Below, in pieces: positions 19,812 to 29,444 of a stretch of 64,000 nucleotides of DNA. The DNA comes from Sulfolobales archaeon (GTDB lineage: Archaea > Thermoproteota > Thermoprotei_A > Sulfolobales > NBVN01), in contig JAWBTQ010000003.1 in assembly GCA_038841535.1 (NCBI GenBank), positions 64,001 through 128,000 of the forward strand, read 5' to 3'. The translations under genes and the position numbers were made by a program. The notes beneath the pieces were generated by a model. It made no database searches, was not told the DNA's origin, and worked only from the letters and a program-made list of their open reading frames with translations. Position 1 is the first letter of the stretch; each line of letters starts with the position of its first letter.

Positions 19812-21512
19812 TTAGTGCTCTAGCTTAATTAGTAAGGCCCTAGGATCTGGGGCTATTCTCACTATGGCATAGCCTCTACCAAGAGCTCTTGCTTTTTCAA
19901 TGCGTTCGCTACTGGCTTTGAGTAGCTTACTAATCTCTTCCCAGTACTCAGTGCTTGTTGATGGCAGAACTACGAGTAGGCCTAGGTTGTCTATTAGAGG
20001 TCCCAAAGTTCTGGTAAAGTCTCTTGCTGTTTGAGTAGCTAAAGCTACTACAGTCCCGAAACTCCTTCCCACTCTTATTAATTCCTCTACTAATTCTAGT
20101 GAACTCTCTCTAAGTATAGTCCACGCTTCGTCGACTACGATTACCCTACTGTAATCGGTTCTCTCAGGATGACTTATTGACGCGGTTTTCATCGCAACTG
20201 ATATGACCTTAAGTAGTAAGGGCATGAGTGATGGATCAATAGATAAGATAGATGAAACGTCTAATACGTTTACCCCAGCAGGCTCTTTAAGTAAGCTAAT
20301 CAATCCACGCCCACTACCAGAAACGGCGGCAAGTACGGATAGAACCTTACTAATGACGAATTCTGGGTATTCCTCTGAGCAGTACCTAGAGAATCTTCTT
20401 AGGGAGTTTACGAGCTCTATGTCTCCTCCTTCAGGAATTGCAGTGAGGTTGCTTAAGGCTACGTGAAGACACGAAAAAACATCCCTTCTGTTGAGTTCTC
20501 GGTGAGATGACATTACGTCTAGTAGCACTTCTGCTAAGTCTCTATTGAGGTTTTTGCGAACTGCTTTAAGTAATTCTACCAGCCCTATTGAAACATTTCT
20601 TCCTAGAGTATAGTATGCGACCTTTTTACCGTGAGACTCAAAGATCTTTTTATACTCGTTTTTCGGATCGAGTACGAGTATTCCAAGACCGACCCTATTT
20701 AGAGATAGAGCTAGTCCAGCAAGGAAAGTGGTCTTTCCGATACCAGTTGGCCCTACTACAAGTACGTGTGGAGATGCTGCTTCATTAAGGTTCCAGTAGA
20801 CTTCTTCTCCACTATCAAGATCTACTCCTAGCTTTATTCCGGAAGACCTTAGGGAAGGTTTTGCCCTCCCCAACAAAGGAATAAACGTAAACACCGGGAT
20901 AGAGATCAAGTCTGCTACTATGGTCTTCCTCCTAAGTCTGTCTGCAACCCTATAGAGCAGGCCGCGCTTTTGCCTGGATAGTCCGGCAAGTAGCATTCTA
21001 GAAAAAGCTTTCTCAGCATCAACTTCTTCTATGTCTACGCCCAACGTGTTCAGCGTACTCCTTAAGACCCTCATCCTAGTTTTTAATACCTCGAGGGAGC
21101 TTTGGAAGTCTTCACCGCAAGCCGAGACCGCAACATAGACTTCGGTCTCAAATGGCTGTAGAGAGTCCTTGAGAATCCTGCTTCTTATATACTTAGCTCT
21201 CTCAGCCTTTATCCTGCTATCAGCTTTAAGTGGATTGACTTCGTAAGCAACGGTGTTCTCAGCTATAATTCTTTCGAGGTTCTTTGCGAAAGCGAGTCTA
21301 TCAACGGGTTTAATGAAGGTGTGAAACTCTAAGGGAAAACCTAGGTTGAACGCATTAACGTAAGCCTTTATGTACTTTACTGAGGTGAAGTCGTCGAGAT
21401 CCTGTATAGCTGTACTTACGTTTGTTACTTTAGTAACTCTCTTAACACACACTCCTGAACTCTCACTATAGACCAAAAGTCCGTCTCTAAGCTCGTAAGT
21501 CTCGTGCTCCAT
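19812..21512 (-). CDS. VirB4/HerA-FtsK superfamily ATPase (CedB-like, DUF87)
   Basis: GIKLG...SPHVLVVGPTGIGKT Walker A, IVVDEAW Walker B, RVGRSFG..LATQ; VirB4-like N-terminal region. Confidence 0.85.
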   Translation of the reverse strand: MEHETYELRDGLLVYSESSGVCVKRVTKVTNVSTAIQDLDDFTSVKYIKAYVNAFNLGFPLEFHTFIKPVDRLAFAKNLERIIAENTVAYEVNPLKADSRIKAERAKYIRSRILKDSLQPFETEVYVAVSACGEDFQSSLEVLKTRMRVLRSTLNTLGVDIEEVDAEKAFSRMLLAGLSRQKRGLLYRVADRLRRKTIVADLISIPVFTFIPLLGRAKPSLRSSGIKLGVDLDSGEEVYWNLNEAASPHVLVVGPTGIGKTTFLAGLALSLNRVGLGILVLDPKNEYKKIFESHGKKVAYYTLGRNVSIGLVELLKAVRKNLNRDLAEVLLDVMSSHRELNRRDVFSCLHVALSNLTAIPEGGDIELVNSLRRFSRYCSEEYPEFVISKVLSVLAAVSGSGRGLISLLKEPAGVNVLDVSSILSIDPSLMPLLLKVISVAMKTASISHPERTDYSRVIVVDEAWTILRESSLELVEELIRVGRSFGTVVALATQTARDFTRTLGPLIDNLGLLVVLPSTSTEYWEEISKLLKASSERIEKARALGRGYAIVRIAPDPRALLIKLEH

Positions 21513-23568
21513 AAGCTGTTTCCCCCACATGATATCCCACTGACAAAGCCGCCTTTAGTGCTAACCAGACCACGTCTCTCCAGTCTAGGGCAACTCTACT
21601 AGTACCCAAGCTGACCGAGAACCCAGTCACTAAGTATATTGGCTCAAGCTTTTGTTCAAATACTTTTCTGCCATCCAAATAAATCGCGAGCACGTAATCA
21701 CCTTCGTGCTCAATTTTCACATACAACCTCTTGCTTGTAGCTACTTCGTACTTTATACAATCAGCGTAGAATCCTCCACTAGCTGCCCTATCTGAGTAAG
21801 CACCATAGAAACACTTTCGAATAGAGTCTCTAAATACTTTAGATGAATTTAACTCGAAGCTTTCATCATCTACTCTTATTACCTTAGTGAGCTCTAGCAG
21901 AGCTGGTTCCTCACAGTTTTCTACGAGAAGATAGTCGTATCCTTCAAACACGTTTCTGTTCAAGCAGAGCAACTTTAAGGAATGTCCTGGTGCCTTAATT
22001 ACACTTTTAGACTTGGTTTCAAACACTTCTATTCTCTCACTGTAGTCTCTTTCAACATCCTTAAACTCCCGAGGGTCTAGGTATACAGTAGCTATTTCTT
22101 CGGGATCAAATAACTCCGAGTTAACTACCAGCTTAACGAGTACTTCGTTCTTCTCCGAACACTTCCCAGAGAACTTTATGGAGACATCGTTTAAGCCGGG
22201 TTTAATGGTGTTGCTGCTGAGAACAACACTGCTTTCACTAACTCCAGATACTTCCGCCTTAATCGGTACCGGTATCGGAACACGACTAGTAATTTTTAGA
22301 TTAATTCGGCCAAGGCAATTATGGTTTACGTTACTCAGAAGTTTCCCGGACTTAGCTATAGCAAGAGATTTACTGACTACGTTATCTAACTCGAGCTTAC
22401 CGAACTTGACGTATTCTTCGACAGCCCTGTAGTACGTTGGGCACTCTACTGTGACTTTTAAGTATCCTTCCCACCCCAGGGTCTTCGGATATATCAATGC
22501 GCGAAGAACTCCGGCGACAACGCTCTGTTCCCAAACCGCGGTGAATCTTGGTGAAACAGAGAAGCGACACCCATCGAACCAGGGCTTGACAACGAGTTCA
22601 GCCAATCCCTCTCCACTACCTTCATTGCGAACTTTGACCTCCACCTCAGCAGGAGCTAGAGGATCTAGAAAAGTAACTAAGTCTTCAGTGAGGCAAGCAA
22701 CACCACTAGTGGTAGATACGCACGACCTAAGCAGGGGTGAGTCAAGTGCGAAGGAGACTCTATCATTCAAGATCTTAACGAGACCAGCACGGTTTACTAT
22801 CGAGACTACGTCCTTAAAGGAAGACACCTCCTTAACTGCCTCCTTTAAGACCGTAGTGTACGCACCGTACTTCACGACCTTAAGTCCCTCTCGGTCAGCA
22901 AGGACAATTCCGTCACTAACACATGCTGCTGAGACGACCTCACTCACCTTCCCGAGAACGTCGAGAACGCCGTTTCTCACTCTAACTAAAAACCCGTCGC
23001 GGTCAATTAGGTAATCACCAGTTGGACAGCTCACGATGAACCTGAAAAACCCAGGTATTAGCTCAATACCGTTGATCGATACTGAAAGTGTCAGCGACTT
23101 ATTACTAACGGAGAACCCCCCGAAGCCCGCGTTTATACCTAGACTTCGTATCTCGCGAGGATCTAGCCTCACTGAGTCTATTCCGTATATTCTAGTTACA
23201 CCGTCTACTACATCTAGTATTCCAGTTAAGCACTTACTCCTTTTACACGCTACTAAGTATATCATCGTTCCTAGCGTTCTAATGAAACCACTGCCCCGAA
23301 ATACTCTACCTCCAGCACTCAGTACCAGCTCCGAGTTTTCACGCTTGATCACTATATCTCTCAGCTTAAGTTCCGAAGCAGAGACGTCTAGAGATGCCGC
23401 TCGAATAGGTTCTCGACTTAGAACATAGAGATAGTAGTTATTGCCACTAAGAATCTTTAGTACTGGTTTACCTAGAGTGCTCCTAGTTAACTCTACTTCA
23501 TTTACGTCACTTAGTTCATCGAAGACTTTGTTTAGTCTTATTACACCGGTTACTGAAGGAACTATCAC
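21487..23568 (-). CDS. large beta-rich hypothetical protein in the pilus operon (possibly UpsX-like)
   Basis: 693 aa, no signal peptide or TM segment, beta-strand periodicity; overlaps both neighbours. Confidence 0.7.
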   Translation of the reverse strand: MIVPSVTGVIRLNKVFDELSDVNEVELTRSTLGKPVLKILSGNNYYLYVLSREPIRAASLDVSASELKLRDIVIKRENSELVLSAGGRVFRGSGFIRTLGTMIYLVACKRSKCLTGILDVVDGVTRIYGIDSVRLDPREIRSLGINAGFGGFSVSNKSLTLSVSINGIELIPGFFRFIVSCPTGDYLIDRDGFLVRVRNGVLDVLGKVSEVVSAACVSDGIVLADREGLKVVKYGAYTTVLKEAVKEVSSFKDVVSIVNRAGLVKILNDRVSFALDSPLLRSCVSTTSGVACLTEDLVTFLDPLAPAEVEVKVRNEGSGEGLAELVVKPWFDGCRFSVSPRFTAVWEQSVVAGVLRALIYPKTLGWEGYLKVTVECPTYYRAVEEYVKFGKLELDNVVSKSLAIAKSGKLLSNVNHNCLGRINLKITSRVPIPVPIKAEVSGVSESSVVLSSNTIKPGLNDVSIKFSGKCSEKNEVLVKLVVNSELFDPEEIATVYLDPREFKDVERDYSERIEVFETKSKSVIKAPGHSLKLLCLNRNVFEGYDYLLVENCEEPALLELTKVIRVDDESFELNSSKVFRDSIRKCFYGAYSDRAASGGFYADCIKYEVATSKRLYVKIEHEGDYVLAIYLDGRKVFEQKLEPIYLVTGFSVSLGTSRVALDWRDVVWLALKAALSVGYHVGETAYGARDLRA

Positions 23569-24995
23569 GGCGTAACACCTAGCGCGTAGAGCTCTAGTAG
23601 TACTAACCCCACTAGAGCGGTATTTTCCAGGGTGCCAAATGTAGTAAGAGTAGCGATAACACTATAGAAAAGTGATGATATAAAGCAGTAGGTCCTTATT
23701 TCACCACTTGCTAGACCTGTTGCTGCCACTAGAGAGGTTGAGAAGCTCAAAATAAGTGGTAGAAAGAGTGCTGTAGCTATCACTAGGAGTCTAACAGCAA
23801 TACTCTGCTTAACGAGAGAGAATAGTTCCTCGACTATGTCCTTAAATGCTATTATTCTAGTTGTATCTACACTTCCGTGCCTGATGGACCTTAAAAGCAT
23901 GTAGTAGCAGAGTGAGGTAAAGACGCTGCGGCTACGTAGATCGCCCAGACTCTTTTCTACTAGCTCTATAGGGCGGTGAGCATAAGGCACTCTATCTGCT
24001 AAGCTGATAAGCTGAGATGGTATAGATACGACTGATAGATAGGTAGCAACAAACCTTTGAGTTGCTACAGCCCCTAGAGCGAGGAACGTTGCTCCTGAAA
24101 ATACTAGTGAAGTCTTCACTCCAATCATCGGGGATAGTAAAAAGGGTAAAAATGCGGTAGTAAGTAAGTACCTAAGTTTTTTAGTTTCTACAGATATCTT
24201 CAATAGCCTGGGTGTTGCACTCTCAGATATGGCTAACGCAATTGCGGGTGCGGCCATAGTAATATAGGTGTACTGTACTTCGGAGCCAGTTAAAGCAATG
24301 ACTAGAGCTATCAGTGGGGGAGTCAAGCCGTTAAATACAGCAGCAGTCAAACTCAGGATAGTCTTAAGCTCTAGAGAGTTTTTTGCTGAAGTTTTAAGCT
24401 CGCGGAGAGACTCCTGAAACTTACTGTATATCCATGTACCAAAGTCGGCACTTTCGCGAGTCACTATGTACTCTAGCAGCAGCTTCCTCATCGGTTTCGG
24501 GGCTCTAAGCACGTACTCCTTGATACCCTTTATCCCGGGAAAGAACTTGAAGAATAGCTTGAGTCTCATGTACTCGTTACACATCGATGGCAGGAACCCG
24601 CAGGCATGCTCCGATTCTTCTTCTAGATCCCTCACTAAGTCATCACCGGGGCTCGCACCCTCCAGTACCATGAAGTAAGCTATGTCTTCCCGCAGGCTTT
24701 TCACGTAAGTAGCGTAGTACAGAAGCTCTACGGCTAGAGGTAGTAGAAAGAGCATAGACGCCGCAACGGGGATAGTAAAGAAGAAAAAGTAGGGGTTGTT
24801 TGAATGTTTTGAGGCAATATACGAGGCCAGCGCCAATCCAAGTGTGGGTACCGCAGATACTTTGAGTATATATAGAACTGCCTTATCAGCCTCAGCTTTG
24901 GGTTTTCCTCTAGCTATTCTCACTTTGTTTAGTAGCTCTAAGTATTCACCTAGAGCTCGACTAATATGAAGGATGGGCGAGCTACTTAAACCCAT
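23565..24995 (-). CDS. TadC/FlaJ-like pilus platform membrane protein
   Basis: Several TM helices in two clusters; directly follows the pilus ATPase. Confidence 0.7.
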   Translation of the reverse strand: MGLSSSPILHISRALGEYLELLNKVRIARGKPKAEADKAVLYILKVSAVPTLGLALASYIASKHSNNPYFFFFTIPVAASMLFLLPLAVELLYYATYVKSLREDIAYFMVLEGASPGDDLVRDLEEESEHACGFLPSMCNEYMRLKLFFKFFPGIKGIKEYVLRAPKPMRKLLLEYIVTRESADFGTWIYSKFQESLRELKTSAKNSLELKTILSLTAAVFNGLTPPLIALVIALTGSEVQYTYITMAAPAIALAISESATPRLLKISVETKKLRYLLTTAFLPFLLSPMIGVKTSLVFSGATFLALGAVATQRFVATYLSVVSIPSQLISLADRVPYAHRPIELVEKSLGDLRSRSVFTSLCYYMLLRSIRHGSVDTTRIIAFKDIVEELFSLVKQSIAVRLLVIATALFLPLILSFSTSLVAATGLASGEIRTYCFISSLFYSVIATLTTFGTLENTALVGLVLLELYALGVTP

Positions 24996-27499
24996 AGGTC
25001 TCTCGCTCTATTAAACCTCGTAAGAAGAGTCTCTAAGTCTAGGTCTTCCCCATATCTATAGACGGTATTAAGGACTAGAGAATTTGACCTCAGTACAGGT
25101 TCGTCGACTCTAACAACCACCCTCCTCAAGCCGCCGTCCTCTAGAAAACTTAGAGTGATAAACAACCAGATCATGGCAAGCTGTTGAGGTGCTAACTCTA
25201 TGGGGGGTGAAGTAAGTCTTACGATGGCTTCCTCGGGTGAGCCGGCATGGAACGTCGTATTATGGGTCAGTATCAAAGACCCGGAGATAGCGTAAAGGTG
25301 GGTTCCAGGTACTTCAACATCGTATAATAGGCTCTGTTTTTCGATGAAGTCCACTCTTTTAACTTTGAGCATACTCAGCTCGCTTTCCTTGCGACTTACT
25401 GTAGCCGGGAAGAGGTTCTCGTAGCTGTAGTGCTTTAATCCTAGTACTCTGAGAAGATTTTCTCTATCTTTCTCCTCTACAATGCAGATTTCGTATTTTT
25501 CTTCAGTACCTGGCTTGGGTGGCTCAATATACGATCGCACACCGAGAGTCTTAAGTACTAGGACTAGAGACTCAGCAAACTTTCTGCTCGGTGCGTACAT
25601 CTTAAAGGTTGCGTAACTCTCGTAGTCTAAACTTACTTTATCGCTTAAACCGTCGCAGTACCCTTCAATTAGGCCTACTCTGAACTCATTTCCGGACTCA
25701 AGGGCTATACCTAAAGGCACGTGCTTCATCTCAGCCTTTGAACTACCTGAAACGCCGACAAGCAGGACAGCTAGTGGCCGGTATTCTACGGTGACGTGAG
25801 TAACGCCCTTAGGCAAAGATCTAACGGTATTTACGACCTCGGAAGGAATACCTAGACTTGCTAGAGCCTCAAGTAGCTTAGTCAGCTTAGTTGATTCAAC
25901 ATCGAGGTGCACTAGCCAGGTGTTTCTTGTGAGATCTTTCTCCACGTAACCGGTCGCTAAGTATAGCCCAAGAACGTAACCCAGATTTCTATCTAGTTTA
26001 AACCGTTTAGATAGCTCCAATGATCCGGGCAACCGATTCACGCGTCTATCAGTCAGCTCAGATCTTCCTTCTGTGAACAACCCCGGATGGTGAAGGCCTT
26101 CAGTCACGTTTAGATCTTCATCTACAATTTCTGGCACCTCTATGAAGTCCCTTTCTTGAGTTGGCTTAGGGGGGTGAGGAAGAGATACGAGTAGATCTCC
26201 GGGGTTAAGGTCCTTAGCTTTCTTGAGAGTTAGACCTAAGTCGGTATCTGCTGCTACTACTAAATGATCTTCATGAACTTCATGTGTTACTCCATTCTCG
26301 ACTTCTATTCTGACGAACTTGTTGCTACCTCTCTTTGCGACTACTGCCGATACTGGCTGCCAGGTAGGTTCTAGATCGGCTCCGAGAGACACTACCTCGA
26401 CTCTCTTATGGCTACCCTTTAGTACCCCGTTCACTACCTCCCTGATCTCGTAAAGGCCGATCTTTCCGTCGATTTTAGCCAGCACTAGTTGATCTCCTGG
26501 AAGGCAGAGACCTCCTAGACCCATGTTCATTGCTTGAACTAGGACTCTAGCTTCAGCTCCTCTGGTTTCACCTATAACTAAGAATCTGCTGACAGACGCT
26601 CTTAACGCAGCTTTAGCTAAAGCCATCTGGTCTATCCCTCTAGTAGAACCCCAGACGTCAGTTGGAACAGCATACCTAACCCAGCTGGAGCCCTTAGGTA
26701 CGTCTACCTCTGGGGTGTCCTCGATTATCGCTATTTTCCAATACCTAGGAATAGCTGAGTAAAGTATGGCCTTAAGTAAGGTAGTCTTACCAGAACCCGG
26801 TGGTCCAAGAATAACTATAGATCCTCCCTTTCTAACGACGAGCTTTATTAGCTCAGCTACAGAGCTCGGCATTACTTTGGCCTTAACTAGGGCATCGAGG
26901 TCTACAAAGCCGTGATAAAGCTTTTTCCTAATGACTAGTTCTCCGGTTGAATGAGCAACATCAGGTAGAACCAAGTGTACTCTATGACCACCGTCTTCCT
27001 CAGGTAAAGTAAAGTCCATTATTGGTATTCTCCTGTTGACTACCCTCCCAGAACGCTCAGCAGCAAGCTCCATATAGCTCACTAGTTCTTCGTAAGTAGC
27101 TACAACTATGTTGGTTTCAATGTAATCTGCTGATGGATCCTTCTCAAGTACGTACTTGTGTCTAACCCATACAGGACCCGTGCCAACGATCGATACGTCC
27201 TCTACGTAGGGGTCGTCTAAGAGCACCTGAAGCTTCTTATACTTGAGCTCCCGACTTACTACGTATGTAACGAGTTCTGGGTCGTAGTCCTTGAGGTATG
27301 TGAGTACTGCTTTAGCGACATCATAAATACTTACACTTTTCTGAGGGCCTACGAACTCTAGAGCTTTACCTACTAGTCTGGCTATAGTTTCATATTTTTC
27401 TGGGTCGATATCGTTAACTAGGTAGTAGTAGTTTCCGGAAAGGTCTTTGACTATACTAATAGAAGAAAGTCCTACGTTATAGCTAAGTAAAACCTCCAA
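24986..27499 (-). CDS. type II/IV secretion (pilus assembly) ATPase containing an intein
   Basis: LLDDPYVEDVSI, GPPGSGKTT, IEDTPE, IGETRG.EA, AMNMG...TTFHA split by the intein. Confidence 0.92.
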   Translation of the reverse strand: MEVLLSYNVGLSSISIVKDLSGNYYYLVNDIDPEKYETIARLVGKALEFVGPQKSVSIYDVAKAVLTYLKDYDPELVTYVVSRELKYKKLQVLLDDPYVEDVSIVGTGPVWVRHKYVLEKDPSADYIETNIVVATYEELVSYMELAAERSGRVVNRRIPIMDFTLPEEDGGHRVHLVLPDVAHSTGELVIRKKLYHGFVDLDALVKAKVMPSSVAELIKLVVRKGGSIVILGPPGSGKTTLLKAILYSAIPRYWKIAIIEDTPEVDVPKGSSWVRYAVPTDVWGSTRGIDQMALAKAALRASVSRFLVIGETRGAEARVLVQAMNMGLGGLCLPGDQLVLAKIDGKIGLYEIREVVNGVLKGSHKRVEVVSLGADLEPTWQPVSAVVAKRGSNKFVRIEVENGVTHEVHEDHLVVAADTDLGLTLKKAKDLNPGDLLVSLPHPPKPTQERDFIEVPEIVDEDLNVTEGLHHPGLFTEGRSELTDRRVNRLPGSLELSKRFKLDRNLGYVLGLYLATGYVEKDLTRNTWLVHLDVESTKLTKLLEALASLGIPSEVVNTVRSLPKGVTHVTVEYRPLAVLLVGVSGSSKAEMKHVPLGIALESGNEFRVGLIEGYCDGLSDKVSLDYESYATFKMYAPSRKFAESLVLVLKTLGVRSYIEPPKPGTEEKYEICIVEEKDRENLLRVLGLKHYSYENLFPATVSRKESELSMLKVKRVDFIEKQSLLYDVEVPGTHLYAISGSLILTHNTTFHAGSPEEAIVRLTSPPIELAPQQLAMIWLFITLSFLEDGGLRRVVVRVDEPVLRSNSLVLNTVYRYGEDLDLETLLTRFNRARDLWV
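25259..26506 (-). mobile_element. intein (416 aa) with LAGLIDADG-like endonuclease region
   Basis: Begins CLPGDQLV, block B HEDH, LYDVEVPGTH...THN end followed by extein Thr; LGYVLGLYLATG and GLIEGYCDG blocks. Confidence 0.93.
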
Positions 27500-27537
27500 T
27501 GAAAAACACCTTGAGTATTTCGAGTTAGAGAACTTGT

Positions 27538-27999
27538 TTACCCTAAGTTTATCGGTATTTCTATCTGTTTATTAGTGGCTACCTCACTCGCTACTACTAT
27601 AAGACCCCTGACTCTAGTAGTCCCACTAGAAACAGCTATAACGAAGATCTTTTCACTACCTGGCTCTAGGGTCACCTGCTCATTACTTAACGCATTGCGT
27701 GCCTCGACTACGGTTCCATTTGTTAATATAGCCTTAAACTCAGTCACTTTGTATGATGTCTGACCTTGGTTTCGTAGACCGACCGTGATAACTTCTTCAC
27801 CGTTAGTGTAGGTTCTGCTGACTAGATACCCACTAAGAGGCTGAACTATGTTCATGTTTTCAAGACTTCCCGCTCTACTGGACAACCAGCCTTGGACCAC
27901 CATTACTATAGGGATCACTATAGCAACCAAGGCTAGTATAATCACCAACTCACTTATTCCCCTCCTCAACTTTTTACGTACCAACATGTCGGCTCCCAA
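27538..27999 (-). CDS. archaeal type IV pilin (class III signal peptide)
   Basis: RKKLRRG|ISELVIILALVAIVIPIV cleavage motif and hydrophobic helix, then a beta-sandwich. Confidence 0.9.
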   Translation of the reverse strand: MGADMLVRKKLRRGISELVIILALVAIVIPIVMVVQGWLSSRAGSLENMNIVQPLSGYLVSRTYTNGEEVITVGLRNQGQTSYKVTEFKAILTNGTVVEARNALSNEQVTLEPGSEKIFVIAVSSGTTRVRGLIVVASEVATNKQIEIPINLG

Positions 28000-28259
28000 T
28001 AGGAAACCTCCTTAAAAAGTGTCTCAGCACCGATCAGTATTAGCCTTCGTCTATAATATCCTAATAATAGGGCGGTACTAACAGGGCCTGTAACCAGGTT
28101 GATTCACATAGACAATCAAGAGGTAGATATTGACATAAATACTGATTCCCCCTATTCTATTATTCTCCATAGATTAGATTGTCTCGACGGTAGATGCGAT
28201 ACCTGATTGATCTTACTACTTAAAAGTATGCCGTATTTAAAGGTAACTAAGGGTCTGAC

Positions 28260-28568
28260 ATGAATAGGGTTAAAAAACTGTTAGATAGCATGTACGCAAA
28301 GCTTTTCACTCCTGGAGATATAGTGGCAGCTACAGGATTACCTAGGTACGAAGTTCTTGCTGCTTTACACGTCCTAGAAGAACTCGGAATTATAGAGCTC
28401 GTGATATCTAAAGGAAACTATAAGGTGTATCGGCTAACTAAACTCGGTGAGAAGCTGTATAAAGCTCTTGAGTTAAGCGAAAGCCCCCTACTGAGTGTAG
28501 AGCTTAGTGCAGGAGCTCCTCAAGGAGAAAACAGCTCCGCGAGCTTAGTAACAGAAAGTAGTAGCTGA
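28260..28568 (+). CDS. winged helix-turn-helix protein, divergent from the pilus operon
   Basis: TPGDIVAATGLPRYEV...LEELGII...YRLTKLG wHTH pattern. Confidence 0.85.
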   Translation: MNRVKKLLDSMYAKLFTPGDIVAATGLPRYEVLAALHVLEELGIIELVISKGNYKVYRLTKLGEKLYKALELSESPLLSVELSAGAPQGENSSASLVTESSS

Positions 28569-28711
28569 TTCCACGCTTAACTAATTCACAATACAGGAGA
28601 GTTCACAAAGCAGCACATACTCATACACCACGTCTAAGACACACTTATATCGATTTCACGCACGCTGTGAAATAAACCACGAGGTTCTAAATCCAGTGCT
28701 CCCCTATTTTA

Positions 28712-28805
28712 GTGACCTCCTCCCAGCCCTAAGAGACGAGGGCTTCCTTCAACCGGTTCACTGGTCTACGGCTCACTGTCATTGTCCTCACTACTTCAGT
28801 GCTAT
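28712..28805 (-). mobile_element. IS200/IS605-type right-end / tnpB 3' remnant
   Basis: Minus strand GGAAGCCCTCGTCTCTTAGGGCTGGGAGGAGGTCAC: subterminal hairpin plus TCAC end, preceded by a degenerate TnpB-tail-like frame. Confidence 0.65.
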
Positions 28806-29136
28806 TGAACGCAACATGAGCTTACTCCTCTATGTTAGCAGACACTGTCTATAGGACAAAGTGGATTGTTTTCTTCCCGACCTCTCTGTGGAATGTTCGT
28901 AGGCTTTCTACTCACTTGCTTGTGTTAGCGTACTCAGTTTGCTGCGTGATTCTGAGTGGTGATCTAAGCTACCCGGAGTATGAGTCGATCGACCTAGATG
29001 GGGCCTCGTTCCATCGGGCTCGAAAGCCACTCACGAACTCACGTGGATATAGAGGTCTGAGTGAGTAGTGTGGAAGTCTCTAAACACTAAAGAACACCAA
29101 AATAGCGAATACCCGAGGACAAACGGTTGCTCGCTA

Positions 29137-29355
29137 CTAGGACTTGACTAGAAGTTCTTGAAGTATTCTGATATTCCACTCATGACAGGACCTCCTCCTC
29201 ACATCTATCGGAATTCCCATAGACTTGGCTTTCTCGATATTGAGACCAGCTTTCTTAATCTCACTCACACTAAAACCACGACCGTAGCGGAGATTCTTGC
29301 TTATTCCTCTATTTTTTAGTAGGATAGGAGGTTTAACGTAGGGTTCTACCTTCAC
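29137..29355 (-). CDS. rpl13e: 50S ribosomal protein L13e
   Basis: RYGRGFSVSEIKKAGL...GIPIDVRRRS. Confidence 0.94.
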   Translation of the reverse strand: MKVEPYVKPPILLKNRGISKNLRYGRGFSVSEIKKAGLNIEKAKSMGIPIDVRRRSCHEWNIRILQELLVKS

Positions 29356-29444
29356 GTTGCGTCCCTACATATGCCTTACAGTCTAGATAAAAGCTTTAGT
29401 TGACTGCTTAAATCATTCGAAAAAGGTATTTTGAGGGAACTTCG

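Noticed and set aside
19613-19828. ORFs overlapping tRNA genes (also 61350-61550)
   Set aside because: Antisense shadows of tRNA-Asn and tRNA-Thr
22178-23428. Many Ser/Thr/Leu-rich antisense ORFs here and throughout the window
   Set aside because: Typical reverse-frame shadows of real genes
19672-29125. Pilus/VirB4 locus as an integrated conjugative element at tRNA-Asn
   Set aside because: No integrase, relaxase or duplicated tRNA fragment seen; the locus lies 5' of the tRNA, and its composition resembles the host
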